DNA from: an uncultured Acidobacteriota bacterium
GTDB taxonomy: Bacteria; Acidobacteriota; UBA6911
Assembly: GCA_963809485.1 (NCBI GenBank)
Contig: CAWEJX010000008.1
Coordinates: 32,001-96,000, forward strand
DNA: 64,000 nt
Direction of reading: 5' to 3'
Below the pieces are notes generated by a model. The model did no database searches and had not been told where the DNA came from. It saw nothing but the letters and a program-made list of their open reading frames with translations. This document shows, piece after piece, positions 10,271-19,043 of this stretch. The translations under genes and the position numbers were made by a program. Positions within the stretch are counted from its first letter, which is position 1. Every line of letters begins with the position of its first letter.

Positions 10271-10572
10271 TTGGACTCAGCCATTTCCTCATTGTCAGCG
10301 CAACGCTCTTCTGCCTGGGGCTTCTGGCGGTTTTTACGCGCAAAAATGCGGTGAACGTCCTTATGGGGGTCGAGCTGATTCTGAATTCCGCCAACCTCAA
10401 TCTGATCGCCTTTTCCAAATACTCCGCGGCAAAGATCGACGGCCAGGTTTTCGCCGCCTTCGTCATAGTGGTGGCCGCAGCCGAGGTGGCGGTCGCTTTG
10501 GCCATCGTGCTGACCATGTACCGGATTATCAAATCGGTCAATCTGGATCGGGCGGATACCTTGAAGGGGTAG
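10267..10572 (+). CDS. nuoK: NADH-quinone oxidoreductase subunit K
   Basis: LMGVELILNSANLNL, GQVFA, VAAAEVAVALA. Confidence 0.95.
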   Translation: MIGLSHFLIVSATLFCLGLLAVFTRKNAVNVLMGVELILNSANLNLIAFSKYSAAKIDGQVFAAFVIVVAAAEVAVALAIVLTMYRIIKSVNLDRADTLKG

Positions 10573-10574
10573 TC

Positions 10575-12068
10575 ATGAATCCACAGATTCTCATGGATCT
10601 CAAAAAATTCTATCCCGAGCTGGCATTGAGCGTCGCGCTCCTTTGTGTCGTGATCGGCGATCTGGCCTTCCCGCGTTTTCATAAAAAAATCACATTCCTC
10701 ATCGCGGCGCTGGGCCTGGTGCTGGCTTTCCTCGCGAGCCTTCCGCTTTTCCAGGAACCTTCGGGCACCCTGTTTTTCGGCGTCCTGGCGCTGGACCCGG
10801 CGGCTGTTTTTTTCAAATGTTTCCTGATCCTCACTTCGTTCCTGATTCTCCTGGCGACTCCGGGATCCGTGGAACTCGGACAGAGGCGACTGGGCGAATT
10901 TTACTCCCTCCTGCTTGGAGTCACGCTCGGCCTTCTCCTGCTGGCCGCCAGCGAAGATATGCTGATGCTGTATCTGTCGCTGGAAATGGTTTCAATCGGA
11001 AGCTACATCATGGTCGGCTATCTGAAAAATGACCGGCAATCCAACGAAGCCGCGTTGAAGTACCTGCTGTTCGGCGCCGTATCTTCCGGCTGCATGCTTT
11101 ATGGATTCACGCTGTTCTACGGTCTGACAGGCACTACCAAGCTCATGGGCATGCGCGAGGTCCTGACCTCGGGCGGTGCGGCCGGGGACAACGCCGTGAT
11201 GCTCCTGATCGCCTCGACGGCAGTGCTCGCCGGATTCGGCTTTAAAACAGCGGCCGTGCCCTTTCATTTCTGGTGCCCGGATGTTTACACGGGCGCGCCG
11301 ACCCCGGTGACGGCGTTTTTAAGCGTCGCCCCCAAGGCGGCCGGATTCGCCATCCTGGTGAGATTTTTCTTCACCGGCCTGGCGCTCCCATCGGCCGATA
11401 CAGGCTCCTGGACCCCGCTGAGCTCCATCGACTGGCGGCTTCTCGTTCTGGTGTTGTCGATCCTGACAATGACGCTCGGCAACATTGCCGCACTGCGCCA
11501 GGAAAATATGAAACGCCTGCTGGCTTATTCATCCATTGCGCATGCCGGATATATCCTGATGGGAGTGGCGGTGCTGACCTCCCAGGGCATACAGTCGATC
11601 CTGATTTACCTGATCACCTACCTCTTCATGAATCTGGGGGCATTCCTGGTCGTCATCGAAATCTACAACCGAACCGGAAGCTTCGACCTCAAGGATTACC
11701 GGGGGCTTTACAGGCGCTCTCCGTTCCTGTCCATTGCCATGACAATTTTCATGCTTTCGCTGATGGGGATTCCGCCTCTGGCCGGGTTTTTCGGCAAATT
11801 ATACGTATTCGGCGCAGCCGTCAATGCGAACCTTGCGTGGTTCGCGGTTGTAGGGGCTTTAAACAGCGTTATTGCCGTCTATTATTACGCGCGGGTGATC
11901 AAAACCATGATCATCGAAGCCCAGGAAGACATGACCAGGATTGTCACACCCTGGACGGGTCTCGTCCTGGTCTGGTTCATGTTGCTCCCGACGGTAGGGC
12001 TCATGCTGTTCTGGAGTCAGATCCAGCAGCTGACCCTGACATCCATGAAGTTGTTCCTCGGGAATTGA
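10575..12068 (+). CDS. nuoN: NADH-quinone oxidoreductase subunit N
   Basis: EAALKYLLFGA, GFKTAAVPFHFWCPDVYTGAPTPV, KRLLAYSSIAHAGY, GIPPLAGFFGK. The true start is ATG 10575, 2 bp after the nuoK stop. Confidence 0.92.
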   Translation: MNPQILMDLKKFYPELALSVALLCVVIGDLAFPRFHKKITFLIAALGLVLAFLASLPLFQEPSGTLFFGVLALDPAAVFFKCFLILTSFLILLATPGSVELGQRRLGEFYSLLLGVTLGLLLLAASEDMLMLYLSLEMVSIGSYIMVGYLKNDRQSNEAALKYLLFGAVSSGCMLYGFTLFYGLTGTTKLMGMREVLTSGGAAGDNAVMLLIASTAVLAGFGFKTAAVPFHFWCPDVYTGAPTPVTAFLSVAPKAAGFAILVRFFFTGLALPSADTGSWTPLSSIDWRLLVLVLSILTMTLGNIAALRQENMKRLLAYSSIAHAGYILMGVAVLTSQGIQSILIYLITYLFMNLGAFLVVIEIYNRTGSFDLKDYRGLYRRSPFLSIAMTIFMLSLMGIPPLAGFFGKLYVFGAAVNANLAWFAVVGALNSVIAVYYYARVIKTMIIEAQEDMTRIVTPWTGLVLVWFMLLPTVGLMLFWSQIQQLTLTSMKLFLGN

Positions 12069-12079
12069 TTTTATGGGAG

Positions 12080-12355
12080 GTCCGCCGTCTCTGCCGGCGA
12101 GGCAATCTCGGTTTGACAAATGGCGGAGCATGCCTTTTCGCCGGCGTTCTGAATATCGAATTTCGAATGTCGAACCGCAGAAGCTATGGCAGGACCTCGA
12201 AATTCATTATTCTGCATTCGACATTCTGTGGTTCAAATAGCTTTCAGGACGGTTATTGCGGGTGAAACCGGCTTAATCCTTTATCGGTCGCGATCAGGCC
12301 CCTTTGAGGGGCCAGCAGCCGTTAAGCCCTGAGCTCTGCCGGAGGATACCTGGCT
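12080..12355 (+). repeat. Family 2 dispersed palindromic element, copy 2 (best preserved)
   Basis: Left hairpin followed by gtttgaca; internal cgaat repeats and their inverse; right end ggcccc-tttga-ggggcc, 10 nt, aagccctgagctctgccggaggatacct. Confidence 0.8.
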
Positions 12356-12366
12356 TGAATCTCGAA

Positions 12367-13413
12367 TCAATCAGAGATATAGCGGCCTGTGTGCAGGTAA
12401 TTCATTACGACGGTAGTTCCCAGGGCTGCAAGGGATGCCAGACTGCAGCCTTCCGCCTCCGGAGCCAGGGATAGCCCCAATTCGCGGCTACGGAGGAAAA
12501 ATCGTCCAATCACAGGGGCAACAACTTTTTCGCGGGCGCCTGTCCAGCGGGAGATGGTCTCGACAAGAAAATGCCGGTTTTTCCTTATGAGGTCCTTGGC
12601 AAGAACGGTTCTCCTGTGGCCGTTGGATGCCGAAGAAAATATCCGGCTCAAATCGTCATCATAAAGCCCCAATGCTTTGTCCTTGAACTGATCCAGGGTT
12701 TCTCCGTAATACTCGATCAACGTATAGGTCTTCGAGTGGTAGGGGGAGTCTAGAGCTCCGGCGGTCACGCGAGGCCGCTTGTCTCTCAAACTGACCATGA
12801 GCCGGTCGACGTACTCCAGCTTTTTCAGCGACGGCCATTTTTTGTAAGTATTGCGCCAATTCGAACGCGGCGTCAGCCAGACGGCAAAAGTTTCCGCAAA
12901 ATCCTCATCCGGATGAGCCTGCGCATAATACTTCGGTTCTCCCTGGCTCTTTACGTAACTCCGGCTGAAGGGATTAAACTTAAACTTGAAGTTTGTCGGG
13001 TATGTAGCGTAAAAATCACCAAAATACTCGCGCCATTCAGGCTCATTATAAAGCATGTAGGCATAGTTTATGGCGTGGCCTGTTTCGTGGCGGAGCAGGA
13101 TCATGAGATCGCGCTTGTCGTAGGTTGCATATCCCATCTCCCGCTCTATCCTGATCAGTCTGTTATCAGCCAGGTGGAATGGAATGCCGATAATGGGAAC
13201 TCGGTCCGGACACCCCCATTCGTCGCCGGCACAGGCGAAATAATAAGCAGGCTTGAACGAGAGTTTCTTGGATTCAAGTTCCGAATAAAGCTTTTGGATA
13301 CAACGGAATAGCAGGGTCTGTTCGAATTCGAGAGGCAGGTCGCACACCCGCGTGTTCAGCAGTGTGTACCTTTCTGTCTCCCAGTTTAATTCAAGTTGAA
13401 GCTTCGTGGCCAT
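12367..13413 (-). CDS. Putative zinc-binding metallopeptidase (zincin, Peptidase_Mx-like)
   Basis: HETGHA (HExxH) and YAQAHPDEDFAETFAVWL. Start codon uncertain (13413 or 13470). Confidence 0.75.
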   Translation of the reverse strand: MATKLQLELNWETERYTLLNTRVCDLPLEFEQTLLFRCIQKLYSELESKKLSFKPAYYFACAGDEWGCPDRVPIIGIPFHLADNRLIRIEREMGYATYDKRDLMILLRHETGHAINYAYMLYNEPEWREYFGDFYATYPTNFKFKFNPFSRSYVKSQGEPKYYAQAHPDEDFAETFAVWLTPRSNWRNTYKKWPSLKKLEYVDRLMVSLRDKRPRVTAGALDSPYHSKTYTLIEYYGETLDQFKDKALGLYDDDLSRIFSSASNGHRRTVLAKDLIRKNRHFLVETISRWTGAREKVVAPVIGRFFLRSRELGLSLAPEAEGCSLASLAALGTTVVMNYLHTGRYISD

Positions 13414-13619
13414 CGCAATGACTGCACTGAAAAGTCCTTTGATCCCGGTTAGGGAATCCTCGGCTGTCAAGCGGTGCCTGCATCATGCTGACCCCGCGCC
13501 GGACCGGCAAAAGGATTATATTCGATAGAATGGCCCTCGTGAAGAGGGTTTTATATAAATATATATTTGGCTATCCCATTGAAAACAAACGTGATAGATA
13601 TCAATGAAAACAGCCGAAG

Positions 13620-13976
13620 CTATTTGGGCTTGTCGGACGCAGAAATGCTGATTTCAGTTGCCGATCCGTCAATCGGAATGCCGTTGCGGCTTCCTTTGCC
13701 AAGCTCCAGCTTTACCTGGATAATGGAGAAGGCTTTAAGGTCCTTGAATTCCGCCGCTTTCCCATCGATCGTAATCTTGGCCGAGGAGGCATCCAGCAGA
13801 TATTTGGTTTTGCCCGGAATCTGGGAGACAAGTATCAGCTTCTCCGAAGCGGATATGGAGAGCAGCCGGTATGCGCCGGTTTCCACTGCCAGGCAAAGCG
13901 AAATCAAACCAAGCAGACACAAAGCCACGCCAATTTTTCGGGTTGTGAGAATCGCGACATCGGCCCTACCGAACAT
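13620..13976 (-). CDS. Hypothetical exported small beta-rich protein
   Basis: N-terminal hydrophobic signal-like stretch (IGVALCLLGLISLCLA) and a plausible protein-like sequence. Confidence 0.6.
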   Translation of the reverse strand: MFGRADVAILTTRKIGVALCLLGLISLCLAVETGAYRLLSISASEKLILVSQIPGKTKYLLDASSAKITIDGKAAEFKDLKAFSIIQVKLELGKGSRNGIPIDGSATEISISASDKPK

Positions 13977-14103
13977 CCTATGCCAGCTCCGCGAAAGTAA
14001 ATTACACTGATTGGAGTGTCATTCGCACTGTAAGGTTCAAAAATCCGGCGCACGTCCTCCGCTGGAACCTATTATAGCCATAATCCGTTTTTCTCATAAT
14101 TCT

Positions 14104-14496
14104 ATTGGTAAACCCATGGCTCTGCCGTGGGACTCATAGAGTTTGACAGCTGCGTATTTTGAAACGCTGAGATACGCTGACAAAAGCGCTGACAAACGAT
14201 TTGTTCGGCGAGGGTCGGCGAGCAAAAGCCGATGAGGCGCTTCCGATGGAGTTTTCTGCGGCGGCACTGTGGCAAGCGCCGTGCGGCAAGGAGATGGAGG
14301 GTATGTGAAAGCGGGCGTTTGCCACAGTGCCGCCGCAGAAAACTGTCCAGCGCGGAGCGCTGGCCCCTGCGGGGATCGGAAGCGCCTCATCGGCTTTTGC
14401 CCGCGTAAGTCAGCGTTCAAGACCAGCGTAACTCCTCCAACCGCTTTGAGCGGCTCCAATCTTTCAATCCTCGAGCTTTGCCGGAGGCACCTGACA
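14104..14496 (+). mobile_element. Family 1 element, copy C (full length; core inverted relative to copies B and F)
   Basis: IR1 left arm 14224-14247, IR2 at 14250-14275/14319-14344, core 14276-14318. Confidence 0.8.
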
Positions 14497-14639
14497 TTCT
14501 TGCTGTTGTTCATTGAATCCTGCACTCCGTTTTTGTGTATGCCATCGTATGCTGCGGCATGCGCCCATCGATCTGCAACTCATACAGACGTTCCGGTTCA
14601 CCGCAACGGCAGGCGTATTTGCTTTACGGGTTGCGAGTT

Positions 14640-15869
14640 ATGCGCCGGCGTGCTATCCATTGCAGAACGGGAGACGGCGAAGTGGGAAAAAGTGCAGCCC
14701 TAATGCTTTTATTGTTTTTATCCTGCGCCCCATCCGTCTTATCCCAGGACCTGAAGAAGTCAATAGTGTTTCCCCTCGAGATCCCATCTCAAGCGCAAAA
14801 GCTTGAGTGGCTGAGTGAAGGGATTGCCCTCTCTATTTCCGGGCAGCTTGAAGGCGGCGCCGTGAAGGCAGTGGACCGCAACGACAGGATTGAGGTGGTT
14901 GAAAAAATGGATCTGCCTCCGGGCGCGCAGCTCAGCCGGGCGAGCATGATCCGGGCAGCGCAACAGTCTGGCGTCGATCTTCTGATAATGGGCGTGATTG
15001 CGGGTACGGAATCCAGTCTTAAAATCCTTGTCCGGGCGCTCGATATCCAGTCCATGAAACTCAGCGGCGACATGGTGGCCAACGGCCCCCTGTCGGCGCT
15101 CCAGCAAATGGAAAACGAGCTAGCCTGGATGATCCTGAACAACACGGGTCTGAAAAGCGATGTTTCGAGAGAAGCCTTCGCATCGAGGACACGCAAGGAG
15201 CCCAACTCCGCATATTCTCTATTTATTCAGAGCCTCAGCACCGCCAGCGAAAAAGAGCAGCTTCGGCTGCTGTCCAAGGCAGTCGCCGAATACCGGGATT
15301 TCCCTCAGGCCCAGTTCCTGATCGGCCGCCTCTATTATCGCCGGGGCGAATGCGACAAAGCGTTGCCGCACCTCATGCTGGGCCGCGGGGAAGGCTGGCA
15401 GACGGAGGAAAACGAATTCATGTGCGGAACCTGCTATCTGCAGCAGAGTCTGCCCGACCTGGCGATTCAGACGCTCTCGAGCTTACCGTCCGCCTCCAGC
15501 TCCCATGAAGTGCTGAACAACCTTGGGGCGGCTTATCTGCTCAAAGGGGATGATGAGGGAGCTCGTCGCTGCCTCGAGGAAGCCCTGAAAATCGCCCATG
15601 CAGATTCGACAGCTTCCCTGAATTATGCAATCGTCCGGCATCTGCAGGGAAATGACGCGGAGGCCCGCAGGGTGCTGGAGGAAGCTTCAAAGGCGCACCC
15701 GAAGAGCGGAATGATTCATTTTCTCCTGAGCATTTTGCTCAAAGATGCGGGAGAGGTTGAAAGTGCCGCCCCCGCCGCAGAGAGGGCCAGGAACCTCGGC
15801 ATTAACGTGGAAAAGCTTCAGTCGGAAAATCCCCGGTCATGGTCCCGCGTCATCACCTCCTGGGAATAG
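14640..15869 (+). CDS. Exported tetratricopeptide-repeat protein with N-terminal TolB-N/CsgG-like domain
   Basis: Signal-like stretch, LEWLSEGIA...VDLLIMG segment, then TPR motifs (NNLGAAYLLKG). Start uncertain. Confidence 0.7.
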   Translation: MRRRAIHCRTGDGEVGKSAALMLLLFLSCAPSVLSQDLKKSIVFPLEIPSQAQKLEWLSEGIALSISGQLEGGAVKAVDRNDRIEVVEKMDLPPGAQLSRASMIRAAQQSGVDLLIMGVIAGTESSLKILVRALDIQSMKLSGDMVANGPLSALQQMENELAWMILNNTGLKSDVSREAFASRTRKEPNSAYSLFIQSLSTASEKEQLRLLSKAVAEYRDFPQAQFLIGRLYYRRGECDKALPHLMLGRGEGWQTEENEFMCGTCYLQQSLPDLAIQTLSSLPSASSSHEVLNNLGAAYLLKGDDEGARRCLEEALKIAHADSTASLNYAIVRHLQGNDAEARRVLEEASKAHPKSGMIHFLLSILLKDAGEVESAAPAAERARNLGINVEKLQSENPRSWSRVITSWE

Positions 15870-15896
15870 ATGTGCAGCCCTAATCCAATGAAAGAT

Positions 15897-15923
15897 CCAC
15901 CGGCTCTGCCGGAGGATAATACT
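15897..15923 (+). repeat. Solitary right-end hairpin of the IS200-like repeat families
   Basis: ccaccggctctgccggaggataatact matches the family 1 and 2 right ends. Confidence 0.55.
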
Positions 15924-16059
15924 TCGCGCTGGAATCCATGGATCGGCAATCCTCCTTCTTCAGCCGATGTTGCCGGTTTTTCCTGCCTGTGTTCACCAAT
16001 TGCCGACGATTTGGGAACGACCTGGCAAAAACCGGGAGAGCAAACATATTCCGGCAAAC

Positions 16060-16088
16060 TTGACAAGGTTTCTCGTCCCACATAAGAT
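16060..16088 (+). promoter_or_regulatory. Sigma70 promoter of tRNA-Leu
   Basis: TTGACA, 17 bp, TAAGAT, ending 15 bp upstream of the tRNA. Confidence 0.75.
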
Positions 16089-16103
16089 AGCCTAAATGGT
16101 TGC

Positions 16104-16190
16104 GCCGAAGTGGCGGAATTGGCAGACGCGCTAGGTTCAGGGTCTAGTGGGCTTAAGCTCGTGGGGGTTCGAGTCCCCCCTTCGGCACCA
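16104..16190 (+). tRNA. tRNA-Leu(CAG)
   Basis: Acceptor stem GCCGAAG/CTTCGGC plus ACCA, D-loop GGAATTGGCAGAC, anticodon arm CTAGG-TTCAGGG-TCTAG, long variable arm, GTTCGAGTC T-loop. Confidence 0.97.
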
Positions 16191-16318
16191 TACCTTCCAT
16201 CCCGGATAGCTCAAAGCGCTGAAAGATTCAATCATCCGTTGGCAGAGTCTGCAGGAAGGCACCGTCTCGAGCACCGGACTCGTGAGGATATCCCTCGGCC
16301 TTGGTCGGCGTGGATTTT

Positions 16319-17296
16319 CTATCCCAGTGAGATAGGGACCGGAATGAACGAGAGGATCAAAATAGCCGCAGCGAGCAGACCCAGGAATATTCTTCCGGGT
16401 CCCAGTTCCTCCTCATCGCGCAGAGTTGAGGGATGGTAGAAGCGAACGCGCAATCCTATAACCAGAAGAAGCAGCGCAAAAAGCAGATACGATGGCGTCG
16501 GCCATCCCAGGAAGCTCAGAAGCACCAGGGCGATGCCAGCGCCAATCGAGATTCTTCTCTGCGCCGAACGTCCGAAAACCGCATAGGCTATATGGCCGCC
16601 GTCCAGTTGCCATATGGGCAACAGGTTCAGGCTGGTGGCCAGAAGGCCGAACCATGCAGCCATCGCGATGGGATGCACAAGCAGATCCTGGCTGGCCGGG
16701 GCATATCCCAGTATAAGGCGCGCAGACAACCGGAGGATCAGCGGCTCTCCAAAACTCAACCCTCCGGAGATGCTGCCCTTAGGAACAATCCGGGACAGGG
16801 CGAGCCCAATCCAGAGGGCTGGAAGCACAAAGGCGAATCCTGCCAATGGCCCTGCAATCCCTATATCGAATAGTGCGCGCTTGTGCCGGAACGGGGATTT
16901 GATCTTGATGAACGCGCCCAGGGTCCCGGCAATGGAGATGGGCGCCGGCACAAAATAGGGCGGAGTGCAATGGACACCGTAGTAACGGCAGGCCATAAAA
17001 TGCCCCATCTCATGAGCCAGCAGGATTACGATCAATGGGACGGAAAACGCCAGTCCCTGCAAAATCAGGCCAGGCCTCGACAATGTCAGCCGGGTGGCCG
17101 AAAAAAAACCGATATCTCCAAAGAAATAAAACAATCCCGCAAAGGAGGTGCTTAGAAGTGTTACACCGAAGAGTACCGCCGCAAGGATCCACTCGCGCCG
17201 GGCCGGGCTGGGTGCCTTGAATCGCGTTTCCACGCCGGGCGGACTCGTGCTCCACGGCGAAGTCACGGGCGGAAATTCCGGAAGATTACTGCTCAC
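16319..17296 (-). CDS. Site-2 protease family (M50) membrane metalloprotease
   Basis: HEMGH, IAGP and NLLPIWQLDGG motifs in a polytopic protein. Confidence 0.92.
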   Translation of the reverse strand: MSSNLPEFPPVTSPWSTSPPGVETRFKAPSPARREWILAAVLFGVTLLSTSFAGLFYFFGDIGFFSATRLTLSRPGLILQGLAFSVPLIVILLAHEMGHFMACRYYGVHCTPPYFVPAPISIAGTLGAFIKIKSPFRHKRALFDIGIAGPLAGFAFVLPALWIGLALSRIVPKGSISGGLSFGEPLILRLSARLILGYAPASQDLLVHPIAMAAWFGLLATSLNLLPIWQLDGGHIAYAVFGRSAQRRISIGAGIALVLLSFLGWPTPSYLLFALLLLVIGLRVRFYHPSTLRDEEELGPGRIFLGLLAAAILILSFIPVPISLG

Positions 17297-17335
17297 AACA
17301 ATATGGAGCCTTATGCTGACGTGATGGACAAGGTA

Positions 17336-17626
17336 TCACTCGGAAACACCGCTCGCTATCTTGTCGGCGCGTATTTCTTTACCAGGCTTAAAACGAATGG
17401 TCTTGCCCGGAGGAATGGCAACCTCTTCTCCTGTGCGAGGATTGCGTCCAACACCGCTTTTTCTGGGCTTGACGATGAATACCCCAAATCCCCGCAGCTC
17501 AATTCTTTCACCACGCTTCAGCGCATTCTTGAGCGAATTGAAGACAGATTCCACCGCAATTTCCGCTTTCACTTTGGTGATGTTCAACTGCTCAGCAACA
17601 CGGTTTACGATGTCCTGCTTTATCAC
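17336..17626 (-). CDS. HU/IHF family DNA-binding protein
   Basis: IELRGFGVF...GRNPRTGE...FKPGK. Confidence 0.95.
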   Translation of the reverse strand: MIKQDIVNRVAEQLNITKVKAEIAVESVFNSLKNALKRGERIELRGFGVFIVKPRKSGVGRNPRTGEEVAIPPGKTIRFKPGKEIRADKIASGVSE

Positions 17627-17804
17627 GCTGAACCTCCCTTAAGTTAGTGAGGGCATTTTACTTGTGGCAAAATTTGCTGTCAAGCCATTTCTATTTACAG
17701 AAATTCCAGTCAATGATACAGTGGCGCGCCGCCGCCCCGATCGCCGGGAAAATATATCTGCAGTGGACCGGAAGCGTACACTGCAAATTTTGAGGAGACC
17801 GCCC

Positions 17805-18359
17805 ATGCCTGTACTGCCTGATCAATGGATCCGCGATATGGCTAGAAAGTCCCACATGATTGAGCCTTACGCTGATTTGCGCAAACGCAGCCGAAAGATA
17901 TCCTACGGAGCCTCTTCCTACGGCTACGACTACCGTCTCTCCGATGAATACAAAATTCCGGATTTCGGAGATGAAGATAGACTGGACCCGAAAAAGATGG
18001 ATAAGGCGCGATTTAAGGACTACAAGGGGCGATATTGCTGGATCCCCCCGAATTCCTACATCCTGGCCCGATCGCTGGAGTACTTTCGCATTCCCCGGGA
18101 TGTCCTCGCAATCTGTCAGGGCAAATCCACTTACGCGCGCAGCGGCGTGATTGTGAACGTGACGCCTCTCGAACCTGAATGGGAAGGCTACATCACCATG
18201 GCGCTGGTCAATGCAGCACCGGTCCCCGCTAAAGTCTACTCGAGAGAGGGTATTGGTCAGATTGTGTTCCTTCGTGCGGAAGATCAGTGCAAAGTTTCAT
18301 ATGCGGACCGAAAAGGCAAATACCAGGCGCAACAAAGGATCCGCCTGTCCCGCGTCTGA
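17805..18359 (+). CDS. dcd: dCTP deaminase
   Basis: ISYGASSYGYD, GKSTYARSG, TPLEPEWEG, GKYQAQ. GAGGAG precedes ATG 17805. Confidence 0.95.
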   Translation: MPVLPDQWIRDMARKSHMIEPYADLRKRSRKISYGASSYGYDYRLSDEYKIPDFGDEDRLDPKKMDKARFKDYKGRYCWIPPNSYILARSLEYFRIPRDVLAICQGKSTYARSGVIVNVTPLEPEWEGYITMALVNAAPVPAKVYSREGIGQIVFLRAEDQCKVSYADRKGKYQAQQRIRLSRV

Positions 18360-18476
18360 TTCCGGGATCGGGCCTGAATGGCAATACCCAATGCCCTGAG
18401 TCATGAAGGTTGACAGGCATCGTTTTGGATGTATTTATTAAAGCAGGCACATCTTCAAGGCATGGGAAAGGAACTG

Positions 18477-19043
18477 ATGACCGGAAAAAACCGCAGGGTA
18501 TTTCATCCTTGCCGCTTCGCGACAATAGCGCTGATCGGCATGCTTCTTTGCGGAGGATGCGGCTATCGGGTGCGCAGCTCGGCCGGCACACTCCCATCCG
18601 GCATGCAATCTCTCGGCATACCGACATTTATCAATCGCACGGGCCAGTATAAAATCGAACAAATAATATCCGCCGCAGTATTGAAAGAGTTTTCGCTCCG
18701 CACGAAAGCGAAAATCAACTCAAGCGGCTCCGGTGTGGATTCCGTGCTTCTGGGCGAAATCCGCGGTTTGAGCGCCGTGCCGGTGACATTTGGCAACCAG
18801 ACCTCCGGGTCGCAGACCTTTGGATCCGCTTTTCTGGTTACCGTCCAGATAAGCGCAAAATTGAAGCGGCTGCAGGATTCCGCCGTGCTCTGGCAAAACG
18901 ACAATTTTTTGTTCCGCGAAAGATATACGATGAACAGCAGCGTGCGGGATTTCTTTTCGGAAGAAAACCCGGCGCTGGAAAGGCTTTCCCGAAATTTTGC
19001 CGAAAGCCTCGCCGGCGCCATACTGGATCGGTCCAAACCTTGA
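18477..19043 (+). CDS. lptE: LptE-family outer-membrane lipoprotein
   Basis: Lipobox LCGGC-GY, IPTFINRT, and the conserved position upstream of holA. Start uncertain. Confidence 0.75.
   Translation: MTGKNRRVFHPCRFATIALIGMLLCGGCGYRVRSSAGTLPSGMQSLGIPTFINRTGQYKIEQIISAAVLKEFSLRTKAKINSSGSGVDSVLLGEIRGLSAVPVTFGNQTSGSQTFGSAFLVTVQISAKLKRLQDSAVLWQNDNFLFRERYTMNSSVRDFFSEENPALERLSRNFAESLAGAILDRSKP

Noticed and set aside
10248-10574. 109-aa N-terminal extension of NuoN in the ORF track
   Set aside because: It overlaps nuoK entirely in another frame; the true start is ATG 10575.
16104-16439. ORF 16110-16439 and a possible island integrated at tRNA-Leu
   Set aside because: The ORF is a read-through of the tRNA. 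No integrase or duplicated tRNA 3' end was seen, and the flanking genes are core.
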